The position numbers were made by a program, and so were the translations under genes. A stretch of 64,000 bases of DNA from assembly GCA_965249485.1 (NCBI GenBank), contig OZ252239.1, positions 1,728,001-1,792,000 on the forward strand, written 5' to 3'. Below are positions 11,234 through 22,213 of this stretch, in pieces; position 1 is the first letter of the stretch, and each line of letters starts with the position of its first letter. The stretch is from a bacterium. GTDB taxonomy: Bacteria; SM23-31. The notes below the pieces were generated by a model, which was not told where the DNA came from, ran no database searches, and saw nothing but the letters and a program-made list of their open reading frames with translations.

Positions 11234-13234
11234 TTAATTACTCCGCCTTTCTTTTGGATTTTGGGATAAACTAACGACCTCAACGATTTTATCTGGTGGT
11301 CCAAGGACAAAAAGTTCATCGTTAGCGTAAAAAGGCATGTTTACATCCAAATTGGATAGTATATTTGAGTTTCGACGTATTGCCAAAACTGTAACTCCAT
11401 ATTTCATTCTCAGTCCGATTTCAGCTAAACTTTTTCCAACAAAAGGTGATTTTTCAACAATCCTCAATGTACTTATTTCAACATCGGGAAGCTGAAGGTG
11501 TAAATCGGAAAAAAATGACGATTCTTTTGATAGGCTTCGAAACATTTCGTAACCATCTGATCGTATTTCAGCTACCAACGCTTCGATTTCATCTCTTGGA
11601 ATAAGATATTTAGCCAAAACCCGGGTGAAAATCTCCACTGATGTCTCAAACTCTTCCGGAATGACTTCGCTAGCTCCTAACTCATACAAAGGCTTCATCT
11701 CTTGGAGATAACGGCTCCTTACAATTAAATGCACCTTTGGATTAAGTCTCCGAATGATTTTGGTAATTCTACGGGTTGACGCCGGATCATTAATTGCAAT
11801 TACAACTATTCTCGCATCTTTGATGTTTGCATGCTGAAGTACGACCTCCTGTGTTGAATCGCCATAATAAATTGGTTCCCCCTGTGCTTGTCCGCTCCTC
11901 ACAGTTTCAGGATTCACTTCAATGACTGCATAAGGGATATCTGATAACCTTGCGGCTCGTGCTACATTTTTACCATTGACTCCGAAGCCGATTATAATAA
12001 GGTGGTCTTTCTTATCCTTAACCTTTATCTTTGAAACAGGATAAAAACCCGATATTAACCTTTTTGGAAGCGGCAACCGCAGGATAATATCGGCTGCGCG
12101 TGGCGCCAGTGTTATAATGAATGGTGTCGCCGCCATGCTCAGTACAGAGAAAGCCAGAAACAACTGATAATTATTTCCGGCAAGCAAACCATGTTCAACA
12201 CCGGTCCTGGATAGAATGAAAGAAAATTCACCAACCTGACTGAGTGCAAGGCCAACGAGGATTGAAGTACGTAAAGAGAATCCTAATAAAACTGTTGCAA
12301 AACAGGCAATCATAGATTTTAAAACCAAAACTCCCAAAGCTATCAGCGCAATGGTTCCCGGTTGCTGGAAAAGGAAGCCCACATCCAGCAGCATACCAAT
12401 GGAAACGAAAAAGAAGCTTGTAAAGACATCCCGAAAGGGTAATATATTTCCAAGTGCCTGATGGCTGTATTCAGATTCGGAAATGATCAAGCCTGCTAAA
12501 AAAGCGCCCAAGGCAAGAGAAAGACCCGCACTGGAAGTTAGCCACGCAACTCCGAGGCAAATTGCAACTATGCTCAAATTGAATAGTTCTTTGCTCTTTG
12601 TCCGGGTGATTTGATACAATACCTGTGGTACAATCCATTTAGTGCTGACGAACACCAGCCCGATAATTCCAATTCCTTTGGCAATAAGAATGAGGACAGA
12701 TTCACCTGAATTCCCTGTTGCACCAGCCAGTAGCGGGGTGACCAAGATCATAGGAACAATAATAATGTCCTGAAAAATCAGGATGCCAAGAGTCGTACGC
12801 CCATGTGGACTATCAACTTCGGCTCTTTCTTGGATTAGTCTAAGTACAATCGCTGTGCTACTCAGGGCTACGAGAAATCCGATAAAGACCGCTTCACTAA
12901 AAGCTTGGTCAAACCGCCTTGCTATGAAAAGAGTAGCACCAAAGGTCAGCAACACCTGAAGCGAGCCACCCATCAGGATAGACTTCCTGATTTGTAGCAA
13001 CCTTTCAAATGAGAACTCGATTCCGATGGTAAAAAGCAATAACACAATACCGATTTCAGCAAAAATTTCAACTTCATGAACTGCCTTTATCAGCCCAAAT
13101 CCGTATGGCCCGATGAGTATTCCCGTGAGGAGGAATCCCACAACCTCCGGCACGCGCAGTCGATGGCATATAAAGAGAACCGCAATAGCCAGTCCAAATA
13201 TAACGACAATGTCATTTAGCAACTGTAGTTCCAT
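11234..13234 (-). CDS. CPA2 (Kef-type) monovalent cation:proton antiporter with TrkA-N and TrkA-C domains
   Basis: Many TM helices, LSSTAIV, ILIFQDI, GEFSFIL, IIGFGVNG, YYGDST, and RCK-C GKSLAEIGLR..GVTVLAIRR. Confidence 0.95.
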   Translation of the reverse strand: MELQLLNDIVVIFGLAIAVLFICHRLRVPEVVGFLLTGILIGPYGFGLIKAVHEVEIFAEIGIVLLLFTIGIEFSFERLLQIRKSILMGGSLQVLLTFGATLFIARRFDQAFSEAVFIGFLVALSSTAIVLRLIQERAEVDSPHGRTTLGILIFQDIIIVPMILVTPLLAGATGNSGESVLILIAKGIGIIGLVFVSTKWIVPQVLYQITRTKSKELFNLSIVAICLGVAWLTSSAGLSLALGAFLAGLIISESEYSHQALGNILPFRDVFTSFFFVSIGMLLDVGFLFQQPGTIALIALGVLVLKSMIACFATVLLGFSLRTSILVGLALSQVGEFSFILSRTGVEHGLLAGNNYQLFLAFSVLSMAATPFIITLAPRAADIILRLPLPKRLISGFYPVSKIKVKDKKDHLIIIGFGVNGKNVARAARLSDIPYAVIEVNPETVRSGQAQGEPIYYGDSTQEVVLQHANIKDARIVVIAINDPASTRRITKIIRRLNPKVHLIVRSRYLQEMKPLYELGASEVIPEEFETSVEIFTRVLAKYLIPRDEIEALVAEIRSDGYEMFRSLSKESSFFSDLHLQLPDVEISTLRIVEKSPFVGKSLAEIGLRMKYGVTVLAIRRNSNILSNLDVNMPFYANDELFVLGPPDKIVEVVSLSQNPKERRSN

Positions 13235-13320
13235 AATCTAATTTACCTTCTAATACATATCGAAAAGCTTAAAGCAATAAGACGCGCAATGCATATCACT
13301 TCTTTCTCTTTGCACGAGGC

Positions 13321-13538
13321 GCCTAACTATTGTACATCGTCAGATCATGTTGGAGTAATTTGATTAAAAGTTAAGTGATACATTAAATCAATGCAAGTGT
13401 TTTTGATTCACCTCATTCAGTAAGTTGTTTATCCAGATAACTCTCTACCAACATATAGACAGCTATTCACAACGTATCTGCCTGCAAGGGCGATTTATAC
13501 CGAATGGATGGAAGGGGAGAGAGTCGAAAAAACTGGGA
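13321..13538 (-). promoter_or_regulatory. Promoter + conserved-site element, copy D, ending in a GTTAGGC core (attI-like)
   Basis: Minus strand reads TTGCAT-N17-TAACTT...CTCCAACATGATCTGACGATGTACAATA-GTTAGGC, 86 bp before the kef ATG. Confidence 0.65.
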
Positions 13539-13701
13539 AAATCAAAATTACCTGAATGGACACATTCCAATGCGGATTGATGCTGGGTGACGGGTCAAAA
13601 TATTTTCCATATAAAGATTGGAATGAAGGTCGGGTTGGATGCGGAGAAGTTAGTGAGTAGAAAAATGTTGATTTGTGCTATCGAAACTATAGGGAAAGCA
13701 A

Positions 13702-14521
13702 TTATGATCGCGCGAGTACATTTATCAGTTTATCGCAACCACCGTTTTTTATAAATTCCGTGTGATCGTCAATGGTTTTAAAACACTGTCCTGATATTTT
13801 ATTACACAAAATTTCATGATCAGTCGTGTCATAGAACGCTTTCAATGTGTCTTTCGCGCTTGGATTACCAAAAGCAGATTTCCCGGTGTGTTTTTTACAC
13901 CATGCGATAGTATTCATCCATATCGCAGCGCTCAGCGCCACAAGCGTTACCGCTCAAACCAAGGCCTCCGGCAAATCCGGCAACCATAACCATTTCTTCA
14001 TCAGTAGCTCCCATTTTTTTGGCAACTTCGGAAGCGCAGCTTATTGGCAGTTACGGTATATCAGTTTGTTCACGGGATAATCCTTCGGTCGCTGACTGGA
14101 TCGCTTACGGAGCCCATTTTTCCGCGAGTTTAAAGCAGTATAGAAATCTGCCGGAGAAAAAGTATTTCGCCATACTAAGTTTACTTGACCAATCATAATT
14201 AGATATTGCCAGACAGTTGACGCTCTTTGCCCTGTTTGAAAATGATTCCATGAGGTGTTTCGTTGCCGTTATGGCTATTCCGATGGCGTGACCACGGTCA
14301 TCGTTCTGGCGAAAGGATTCCGCTCCTACAGCCAATGCAGACCCCCAAAGCATTCCGCATTGATATCCTTGTTGCATTAATCCACCCGCTAATGGGTCCG
14401 CGGCACGCTCTTCAATTTCGAGTGGATAACCGAATTCGCGGTTTAATATATAAAAGAAAGTACGAGAGCACGTACCAAATTTTAGAAATAATCTTTTGGC
14501 GTCTTGTTTAATCGCTTTCAT
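13702..14521 (-). pseudogene. C-GCAxxG-C-C family (putative redox) protein, two-domain, disrupted
   Basis: GTCS, LAGG, QCGMLWG, then SCASEV..GFAGGLGLSGNACG. In-frame TAA at 14105 and 14051 and a frameshift near 13935. Confidence 0.75.
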
Positions 14522-14640
14522 GAGTATTCCTCATAAATTATTTTGATTCGGTCATTTCCAGAATAATTTACACTAATCCATCCTGCCTGCAAGCTTGCAA
14601 AACCAATTTGAAACTAAGACTGCATGCTTGACAAAAATTA

Positions 14641-16211
14641 TTACTGCTTTGTAAATATTAAATGAAAGTTCACTTCTTCGCCGGGAAACTCCTCATCTTC
14701 ATCATACCATGTCAATGTCATTTGATTGCCTGAAACCGTATAGAGAGCAGTCCACGTTTCGTCCTCAACAAAGGTAATCTCATTTCCCGATGTACTCCAG
14801 GTACCGGATTCATTCACCGGCACACCCTCAAGATAATCGATAGAGGAATGCGTTTTGTCACTATTGAATGTTACTACCATTAAGTCGAATTCTTCTTTAG
14901 TTACGGTGAAGGAACCTGTTTCACCTGTTAAAGTTATTTCTGTTAAATCCCAGGTTCCAACTAAGTCAGGATCTCCCTCTACATCGATTAACAGCGGAAC
15001 GTGCGACCAGAACGGGTAAAGATCATTCTCAATAGTATCCGTCAGTTTTGTTTCATTTGTGCCGTCAGCATTCATCACGTAGATGTCAGCATCTCCATCT
15101 GCGCCTGACATGAAAGCAATCTTTGAGCCGTCCGGCGACCAGAGAGAATACACTAAAAAACATCTCCTCCGGGACTACCCACTAATTGTGTCTGATTGGA
15201 ACCGTCGGCGTTCATCACATAAAGCCCATTACTGCCATAATATAAAATTTTTGTGCCGTCGGGAGACCAGAGGGGTGACGTATTAGATTCAAGATTATCT
15301 GTTAATCGTGTCTGATTGGTACCATCGCTATTCATTACGTAGATTTCCTGAAAAATATTAAACTCATCGTCTCTTGCTGATGAAAAAGCGATTTTTGTCC
15401 CGTCAGGTGACCAGGGACCAAGAATATCGTTATGTGTTGAATTATTAGTTAAGTTTCTCAGGATAGATCCATCAATAGTAATTACATAAATCTGACCGTA
15501 ATCAAAAATTCCGGTATTAGTATTTGTATCCGACTGAAAAGCAATCATTGTACCATCCGGTGACCAATTGAAAGGTTTTGTCCAAAAATAATCAAGATTG
15601 TCTGTTAATCGTGTCTGATTGGAACCATCGGCATTCATCACGTAGATTTCATTATTACCGTCTCTTTTAGATGTAAAAAGGATTTTTGTGCCATCCGGCG
15701 ACCAATACCCGCCTATATCGTCTGCGGGATTATTAGTCAGATTTATCTGGTTGGAACCGTCACCATTCATTACGTAGATTTCATCATTATCATCTCTTTA
15801 CGAGGTGAATGCGATCTTGTAATGATACTGATTTGACAATTCCATCACGGTTATCAAGACAATTTTGGAATCGAAATCTTCACCGTCTGATACAAAAAAG
15901 GTCACGCTAAATGACCCGGTCTGAGCATTGGTCGGTTTCCAGCTGAAAATGTTACCGATAAGATCAGCTCCCGGTGGTAATCCGCTTGCGCTGTAGGATA
16001 GCAGATCCCCATCAGGATCCGTTGCTGTTAACCATATCGTTAACCTCGCATTTTCAAAAATATTTTTGTTTCCAATGAATGCTAAAACCGGCGGATCATT
16101 CTGCGTTCCCACCGGATTTGTCGTAGTATTATCACTGCAGCCGAAGGTAAGGAGCCCTAAAGCAAGAATTACAGTTCCAATAAATGAACCTTTTACGATT
16201 GTATTATTCAT
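14641..16211 (-). pseudogene. Lipoprotein with Ig-like (He_PIG) domain, TolB-like PD40 repeats and a lipocalin-like C-terminus, disrupted
   Basis: Lipobox TFGC; ATDPDGD..SGLPPG; repeated WSPDGTKI/EIYVMNADG. An in-frame TAA at 15798 and an extra T near 15157 split it into three ORFs. Confidence 0.8.
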
Positions 16212-16427
16212 GGTTCCCCCGACGTATAGCGTTGATATACGTTCGTATGAAGAAATATAATTTTAGTTTGATCGGTGTGAAGAGGTAATCAGGACTTTGT
16301 ATGGGAGAAAACCTTCCCATGATTTTCTCAATTTTTGATGAGGAGTTTACGTTGCCGTGATAATATTTAACAGATAAATACAATTAAAGATATAACTATA
16401 GTGAGATACTCATAAAAATCTAACCTT

Positions 16428-16525
16428 AAATTTATGTAATAACTATAATATCTTCCTTTGAATACGATAATGTACGGCACGTATTGTCGTACATTACTCA
16501 GTGTATACCGTTATAATAACTCAAA
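16428..16525 (+). repeat. ~98-bp direct repeat with hairpin, copy 1
   Basis: aactata..atcttcctttgaatac..AATGTACGGCACGTATTGTCGTACATT..gtgtata..ttataataa; matches 21638-21735. Confidence 0.85.
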
Positions 16526-16785
16526 CTAACCACCACATACAATTCTATTATTGGCAAGAATTGGCACGGTAACAATTGGTGACGTACCATTTCATTCCCG
16601 GAAGAGCGCGTCTCATTTATAATCCCTCTTGAAAATATCTGAAAAATTTCTGTAATAAGTTAAACTGAGTAGTATGTTACCTTTAGTCCCATTAACCACT
16701 CAAAGTTAGAATAAACCCTTGCATAATTCAATGTAATACGTATATATTTACTGTGTGAACAAATCCGCATGGAAGGAGCTGATTA

Positions 16786-17348
16786 ATGAAAAAGACTATT
16801 GTGCTAACCAATATTGTATTACTATCATCTTTAATAATAAGTTGTGCTACGACTCTTTATCTTCAACCCCATGTTTCTCCGATTTCTACGAGTAAACCAT
16901 TTGATTCTGATGCTGGAATAATTATTTCACCAATGGATTTGGAAAGAGAATATACGAAATCTTCAATCTTTGGAGGTGATATTAGAGTACCATTAGGGAC
17001 TCCATTCCGAGATTTAGCACGAGAGACCTTTACCCCCTTTTTAATAGAATATTTCTCGTTAGTAACAAAGATTTTTCAGTTAATCCCATTATTATTGAGG
17101 TTTCACTTGTAAGCTTCGATGTAACTAAAGGTCTTGATACACATTTAACAATTAACTGTGTAGTTAGTGATGTTGATCATATTATATTTACCAATAGTTT
17201 TGATGGGAGCGGTGTGGGGAGAGCCGGAGCCGGATTATTTAGTGAAAAATGGGCTCAAGAACAAATTCGAAAATTGGCTGAAGAGGCTTTTGTACAAGCA
17301 TTCAAAGCATTGCAAATAGATTTTGCTGATTTATTAAATAAAGGATAA
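16786..17348 (+). CDS. Hypothetical lipoprotein, frameshifted in a T run
   Basis: GGAAGGAG RBS and lipobox IISC. Adding one T near 17040 extends the frame to ...FADLLNKG* at 17348. Confidence 0.6.
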
Positions 17349-17486
17349 TTAAAAAATAGTATTGTGCGGTATCTTCTTAATGATAATGTTGACTATTGTA
17401 ATGGTTGTTATAATATTAACATGTAGTGATGAAACTGCAACACGAATGCCCTGGAGTGTAATGCAAAGTTCCTGGCATCTGTAAGG

Positions 17487-17560
17487 AAAAATGACTTGTA
17501 AATTCTAAAAATTTCCCTTAGTTTTCAACACGGTTTTCCACCCTTGTTCTGACGACTTAC
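17487..17560 (+). promoter_or_regulatory. Promoter + conserved-site element, copy E, upstream of the TPR kinase
   Basis: gac-TTGTAA-N17-TAGTTT...TCCACCCTTGTTCTGACGACTTAC, colinear with copies A and D. Confidence 0.65.
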
Positions 17561-17639
17561 ACAGGGCACTAAAAGACTAATAATTACTGCTTAGGCAATT
17601 CTATTATTAATTCTACAAATCATTACGAGAGTATATACA

Positions 17640-20600
17640 ATGAAGTTTCGCGATATGCATGTATTGAGAATCGTTGCTGTATCAGCAATCCTCATACTGT
17701 CGAATAGTGTTCTTGCCCAGACAAATATAGACAGCCTCAGGAACATTCTTCTCCAAAAGAGCGGATCAGAAAAAATTGATGTATTGCTGGAACTTGCTTT
17801 TGAACTCTGGGGAATCTCTCCCGAACAGAAATTAGCGTATGCCGAACAGGCATTAACGTTAGCGGGAGAATCGGGAGATAACGAAAGAAAAATTAATGCA
17901 CTAAGAGCTATAGCTACTGTATACGAGAATAAAAATGATTTTACCACTGCATTACACTATTACGAACAAGGGTATACGGTTGCTGAAGAAATTGACCATA
18001 AGGGACTGCTCGTCAGGACGGGAATAGACGTTGGTACTGCATACCGGGAGTTAGGGGAATATGATAGAGCTATGGAATATTTACGCAAAGCCCTGGCGAT
18101 AACCGAAAACACGGAGTTCAACGAACTTGCCCACCTGGTTTTAACGGATATCGGAAGCCTTTATGACTATATGGGCAATTTCGAAGAAGCCATCCTTTAC
18201 CATCGGAATGCACTACAGATAGCAGAGGCGCAAGGAGATACACGTGAAACCGGTTACATTAACAAAGAGATTGGAAATCTATATGCCGGTGTAAGCCTTT
18301 ATGGAAAAGCTATGGAATATTACCTCACTGCTTTGAGAACAGCAGAAAAAGCGGAAGATTGGCCGCTTATTGCCGAACTATCAAATGATATCGGAATGCT
18401 CTATTCCGATATAGGCAATATAGATAAGGCGCTTGAGTACCTGCATAAATCAATTGAAATAGCGGACATGATCGGCGACAAGCAGGAAATCGCTGCAGCT
18501 ACCGAAAATATCGGCAACGCTTACGATAACAATGAACGTTTCGATATTGCAGTGCAATACTATCTGGATGCTTTTACGTTATATGAAGAGTTGAACTTAA
18601 AAGAAGCAATGGTAAGAGTTTTATCCTTTGCTGCCGAAAAGTATTTATCAAATAACGAACATGATAAAGTTTTAGAAACCGCTTTACAGGCATTGAAAAT
18701 AGCAGAAGAAATTGACCATAAGATAGGGAAGGGTGAGAATTTAATAACCATCGGAAATATATACTTCAATTTGGGAAAACCTGACGAATCGTTACGCTAT
18801 TACAAGGATGCTCTAGAAACTGTCAAAGACACCGGGGAATATACGAATATAATGCATGCTTACCAGGCCTTAGGTGAATTCTATGTAGAGCAGAAAAATT
18901 ATGATACGGGTATAGAGTATTTTCTAAAGACATTGGAAAGTGCTGAACAATCCAACGTTATAGTAGATATTATAGAAAGTTATAATATTCTCTATAATGC
19001 ATATAATGAAAAGGGCGATTACCGGAATGCAGCAGCGTATCTTTCACTGTATGTTGTTCTGAATGACAGCATGTTATCAGAGAGCAGCAATGCCAGCATA
19101 GAGATCTTGCAGGCACAGTACGATCTTGAGAGAAAGGACACCGAGATTGCGCTTCTTGAACGTGATCACGCCATCCATGAACTCGAATTAAATCGGAACA
19201 TACTTGTCAGGAATTCCTTTTTCGGCGGATTTTTATTTGTCATAATCCTTTTTGCAATAATCTATATCCGTTACAATGAGAAGAAAAAGGCAGAGAAGGT
19301 GCTGCAGTTGAGCGAAGAAAAATTCCGCAATATATTTGAACAATTCATTGACCTGTATTTTCGAACCGAAATGGGCGGTAATATTATTTTAGTCAGTCCA
19401 TCAGTGAAAAAATTGACCGGATATGATCCTGAAGAGTTGATAGGACATTCCGTCACTAATGTATACTATGATCCCTCTGACCGGAAAAAGTTTATCACTG
19501 AATTGAAAAAGTTGGGGTATGTTGATAATTTTGAATTAAAATTATTGAAGAAAAACGGCGAAGTTGCTGAGGTTTCAGTAAACTCCTGCATTGTTTTTGG
19601 TGATGATAGAAAACCAAAGTTTATCGAAGGAGTAATACGCAACATTACCGAGCGCAAGAAAATGGAAGAAATCCTTCGGGAGGCGCACGACCAATTGGAA
19701 ATCAATGTGCAAAACCGGACTGAGGAAATTAAGCAGACTGTTTCACTGCTTTCCACCACACTTGAATCAACTGCCGATGGAATTTTAGTCGTTGACCGAC
19801 AGGGCAAAATTGTCAGTTACAATCAATTGTTCTTACAAATGTGGGGAATTCCAATATCAGTTATAGATTCGAGAAATGACGAGGATGCTTTAAATCATAT
19901 TCTCGATCAGTTGAAAACCCCCGAGGAATTTTTAGAAACTGTTCAAAATTTATATAACCATCCATCGAAAGAAAGTTTTGAGATAATTTTGTTTAAGGAT
20001 GGAAGAGTTTTTGAGAGATATTCGAAACCACAGAAGATTAAAAATAAAATAGTAGGAAGAGTTTGGAGCTTTCGTGATGTAACTGAGGCTAAAGTGGCAG
20101 ATATTGCCATACGTGAAAGCGAAAAGAGACTTGCATTCGCTCAAAAAGTCGCCCGTCTTGGATCATGGGAGTGGAACATTGTTGAGAATAAGACAATCTG
20201 GTCTCCTGAACTTTACAAAATCTTTGGAGTAGATCCTGAATATTTTGACCCAAATGCCTATGAAAGCTTTCTTAATTGTATTCACCCTCTCGATAGGGAA
20301 AATGTTGCTCAAATAATGCAAAAAAGCATGAAAAGCGGAGAACAATTCGCAATAGATTACCGCATTATACTGCCGGATAAGACAATAAAGTTTATTAATT
20401 CTCATGGGAGAACTTTGACCGAGAATACTGGCAGACCGACTAAAATGACTGGATATTCACAGGATATTACTGACCGCAAGGAAACCGAAATAAAGCGCGC
20501 TGAAACGCTTCGGATAGCAGAAAAAGCTTACCGCATTGCAACCGTTGGTGCGCTCACTGCAGGTGTTACACACGAAATTAATCAACCGCTCAATGCCTTA

Positions 20601-21245
20601 AAAGTAACCGCTGATGGAATGCTGTATTGGGATAAGAATAATATTGAATTTTCGAAGAGTGAACTGATGAAAAATGTAAAGTTTATATCTAATCAAGCTA
20701 GTATTATAAATGACATCATCAAGCAGATGAAAGCGTTGTCAGGGGAGGAAGAAAGCAAAAAAGCCGAATTGGTAAATATTAACGATGCTGTAAAAAATGT
20801 TTCATTTCTTCTCAACGAACAAATATCGTCAAAGAATATTATATTAACAGAAAAACTTGATCCAAACCTTCCATATATAATGGGACAAGTAGTCCAAACC
20901 GAACAGATTATAATTAATTTAGTAGTCAATGCTATGAATGTATTGCACACTCGCACAATTGAAAACAAGGAAGTAGTTGTATCCTCTCGCTTTACCAAAA
21001 AGCGGTGCATGTTAGAAGTAAGCGACAACGGTCCGGGCATACACCCGGATAATCTGGATAAGATTTTCGACCCGTTTTTCACAACAGTTGAAGACCGGGA
21101 AAGCTTGGGGCTGGGTCTTTTTATCACAGAGCTCATAGCGAATGAGATGGGCGGGAATTTAAAGGCAAAAAATAGAACTGAAGGTGGCGCACTGTTTACT
21201 GTTTCTCTGCCGCAAGCTAATCCTAATAATGGAGAAGAAGTTTGA
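17640..21245 (+). CDS. Sensor histidine kinase with extracytoplasmic TPR repeats, TM helix and three PAS domains (NtrB-type kinase)
   Basis: Signal peptide, multiple TPRs, TM FFGGFLFVIILFAII, PAS/PAC segments, HEINQPL, DNGPG, FDPFFTT, GLGL. Confidence 0.93.
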   Translation: MKFRDMHVLRIVAVSAILILSNSVLAQTNIDSLRNILLQKSGSEKIDVLLELAFELWGISPEQKLAYAEQALTLAGESGDNERKINALRAIATVYENKNDFTTALHYYEQGYTVAEEIDHKGLLVRTGIDVGTAYRELGEYDRAMEYLRKALAITENTEFNELAHLVLTDIGSLYDYMGNFEEAILYHRNALQIAEAQGDTRETGYINKEIGNLYAGVSLYGKAMEYYLTALRTAEKAEDWPLIAELSNDIGMLYSDIGNIDKALEYLHKSIEIADMIGDKQEIAAATENIGNAYDNNERFDIAVQYYLDAFTLYEELNLKEAMVRVLSFAAEKYLSNNEHDKVLETALQALKIAEEIDHKIGKGENLITIGNIYFNLGKPDESLRYYKDALETVKDTGEYTNIMHAYQALGEFYVEQKNYDTGIEYFLKTLESAEQSNVIVDIIESYNILYNAYNEKGDYRNAAAYLSLYVVLNDSMLSESSNASIEILQAQYDLERKDTEIALLERDHAIHELELNRNILVRNSFFGGFLFVIILFAIIYIRYNEKKKAEKVLQLSEEKFRNIFEQFIDLYFRTEMGGNIILVSPSVKKLTGYDPEELIGHSVTNVYYDPSDRKKFITELKKLGYVDNFELKLLKKNGEVAEVSVNSCIVFGDDRKPKFIEGVIRNITERKKMEEILREAHDQLEINVQNRTEEIKQTVSLLSTTLESTADGILVVDRQGKIVSYNQLFLQMWGIPISVIDSRNDEDALNHILDQLKTPEEFLETVQNLYNHPSKESFEIILFKDGRVFERYSKPQKIKNKIVGRVWSFRDVTEAKVADIAIRESEKRLAFAQKVARLGSWEWNIVENKTIWSPELYKIFGVDPEYFDPNAYESFLNCIHPLDRENVAQIMQKSMKSGEQFAIDYRIILPDKTIKFINSHGRTLTENTGRPTKMTGYSQDITDRKETEIKRAETLRIAEKAYRIATVGALTAGVTHEINQPLNALKVTADGMLYWDKNNIEFSKSELMKNVKFISNQASIINDIIKQMKALSGEEESKKAELVNINDAVKNVSFLLNEQISSKNIILTEKLDPNLPYIMGQVVQTEQIIINLVVNAMNVLHTRTIENKEVVVSSRFTKKRCMLEVSDNGPGIHPDNLDKIFDPFFTTVEDRESLGLGLFITELIANEMGGNLKAKNRTEGGALFTVSLPQANPNNGEEV

Positions 21246-21613
21246 AAATCCTTCTGGTCGATGATAATATAGATTGTCGAAAAAGTAGTGCACAATTTTT
21301 GAAGCAAATGGGCCATCAGCTCAGTCAATGTGGTGATGGCGAAATAGCGTGGGAAATCCTTAGCAAAGAGCATTTCCATTTAGTTATTTCTGATATCAGG
21401 ATGCCCGGTATGAACGGAATTGAGCTATTATTAAAGATTAAAGAATCACCTGCGTTAAAGGGAACAGAAGTCGTTTTAATAACGGGATATGGGAAGGTTA
21501 AAGACTCTGTTACCGCAATTAAGGCAGGTGCGTACGACTACTTGTTAAAACCGATCCAGGTTAAAGAATTAGTTGCCTTGGTTGACAGAATTGCCGAAAA
21601 TAATAGCCTTTAA
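21242..21613 (+). CDS. Response regulator REC domain, probably a truncated NtrC-family activator
   Basis: ILLVDD, ISDIRMP, ITGYG, GAYDYLLKP. Overlaps the kinase stop. After the TAA the frame continues KEYDDLKRNF into the 21638 repeat. Confidence 0.85.
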   Translation: MKILLVDDNIDCRKSSAQFLKQMGHQLSQCGDGEIAWEILSKEHFHLVISDIRMPGMNGIELLLKIKESPALKGTEVVLITGYGKVKDSVTAIKAGAYDYLLKPIQVKELVALVDRIAENNSL

Positions 21614-21637
21614 AAGGAGTATGATGATCTGAAAAGA

Positions 21638-21735
21638 AATTTCATATAATAACTATAGCATCTTCCTTTGAATACAGTAATGTACGACACGTTTTGTCGT
21701 ATTTCATTCCGTGTATATCATTATAATAATTCAGA
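21638..21735 (+). repeat. ~98-bp direct repeat with hairpin, copy 2
   Basis: aactatagcatcttcctttgaatacagtAATGTACGACACGTTTTGTCGTAtttc..gtgtatatcattataataa. Confidence 0.85.
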
Positions 21736-22213
21736 TTCTTTGATTCAATTATCATTAAGACTTCCGCATATACACGACGCCTAATCCGGTCTCAAAGACG
21801 TACTACAGTGCCATACGCCGCCCTTCCGGAAAACTCTCCATCAGCACAAATAGACGAGCTATTCAAAACCGTATCTGGTTGCCGGGATGCCTGTTGCCGC
21901 ATGAAATAGGAATGAAATAAGAGACGGGATGTTAATTATGTGAAGGCTCTTCTGGTAGTTCGATTTGCAGATACTTAGAATAAAAATGAATGGATAGAAC
22001 ATGGTTGCGATTTCGAAGATTTAACGTGTTCATATTCAAAATCAGAAACCAAAACTTTATGCTTGTAAATGGAACTTTTTTTCAGGCTCACATGGTATAA
22101 ATAGTATAATCACGGTGCATATTTTTTCTACAGACGGTGACGGTGTTATTAAAGCAATTATTTGTTTAAAATAGAGATTGTATTATCTCTCTTTTAAGCA
22201 AAGGAGGCATGAG

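Noticed and set aside
10237..14521. Selenocysteine or stop-codon reassignment explaining the internal stops
   Set aside because: The stops are a mix of TAA, TAG and TGA and come with frameshifts. The C-GCAxxG gene stops are TAA, and TGA terminates normal genes here.
9625..17560. CRISPR array from the GTCCAACTTGTTCTGA repeats
   Set aside because: Copies are hundreds to thousands of bp apart, in both orientations, with no regular spacers and no cas genes.
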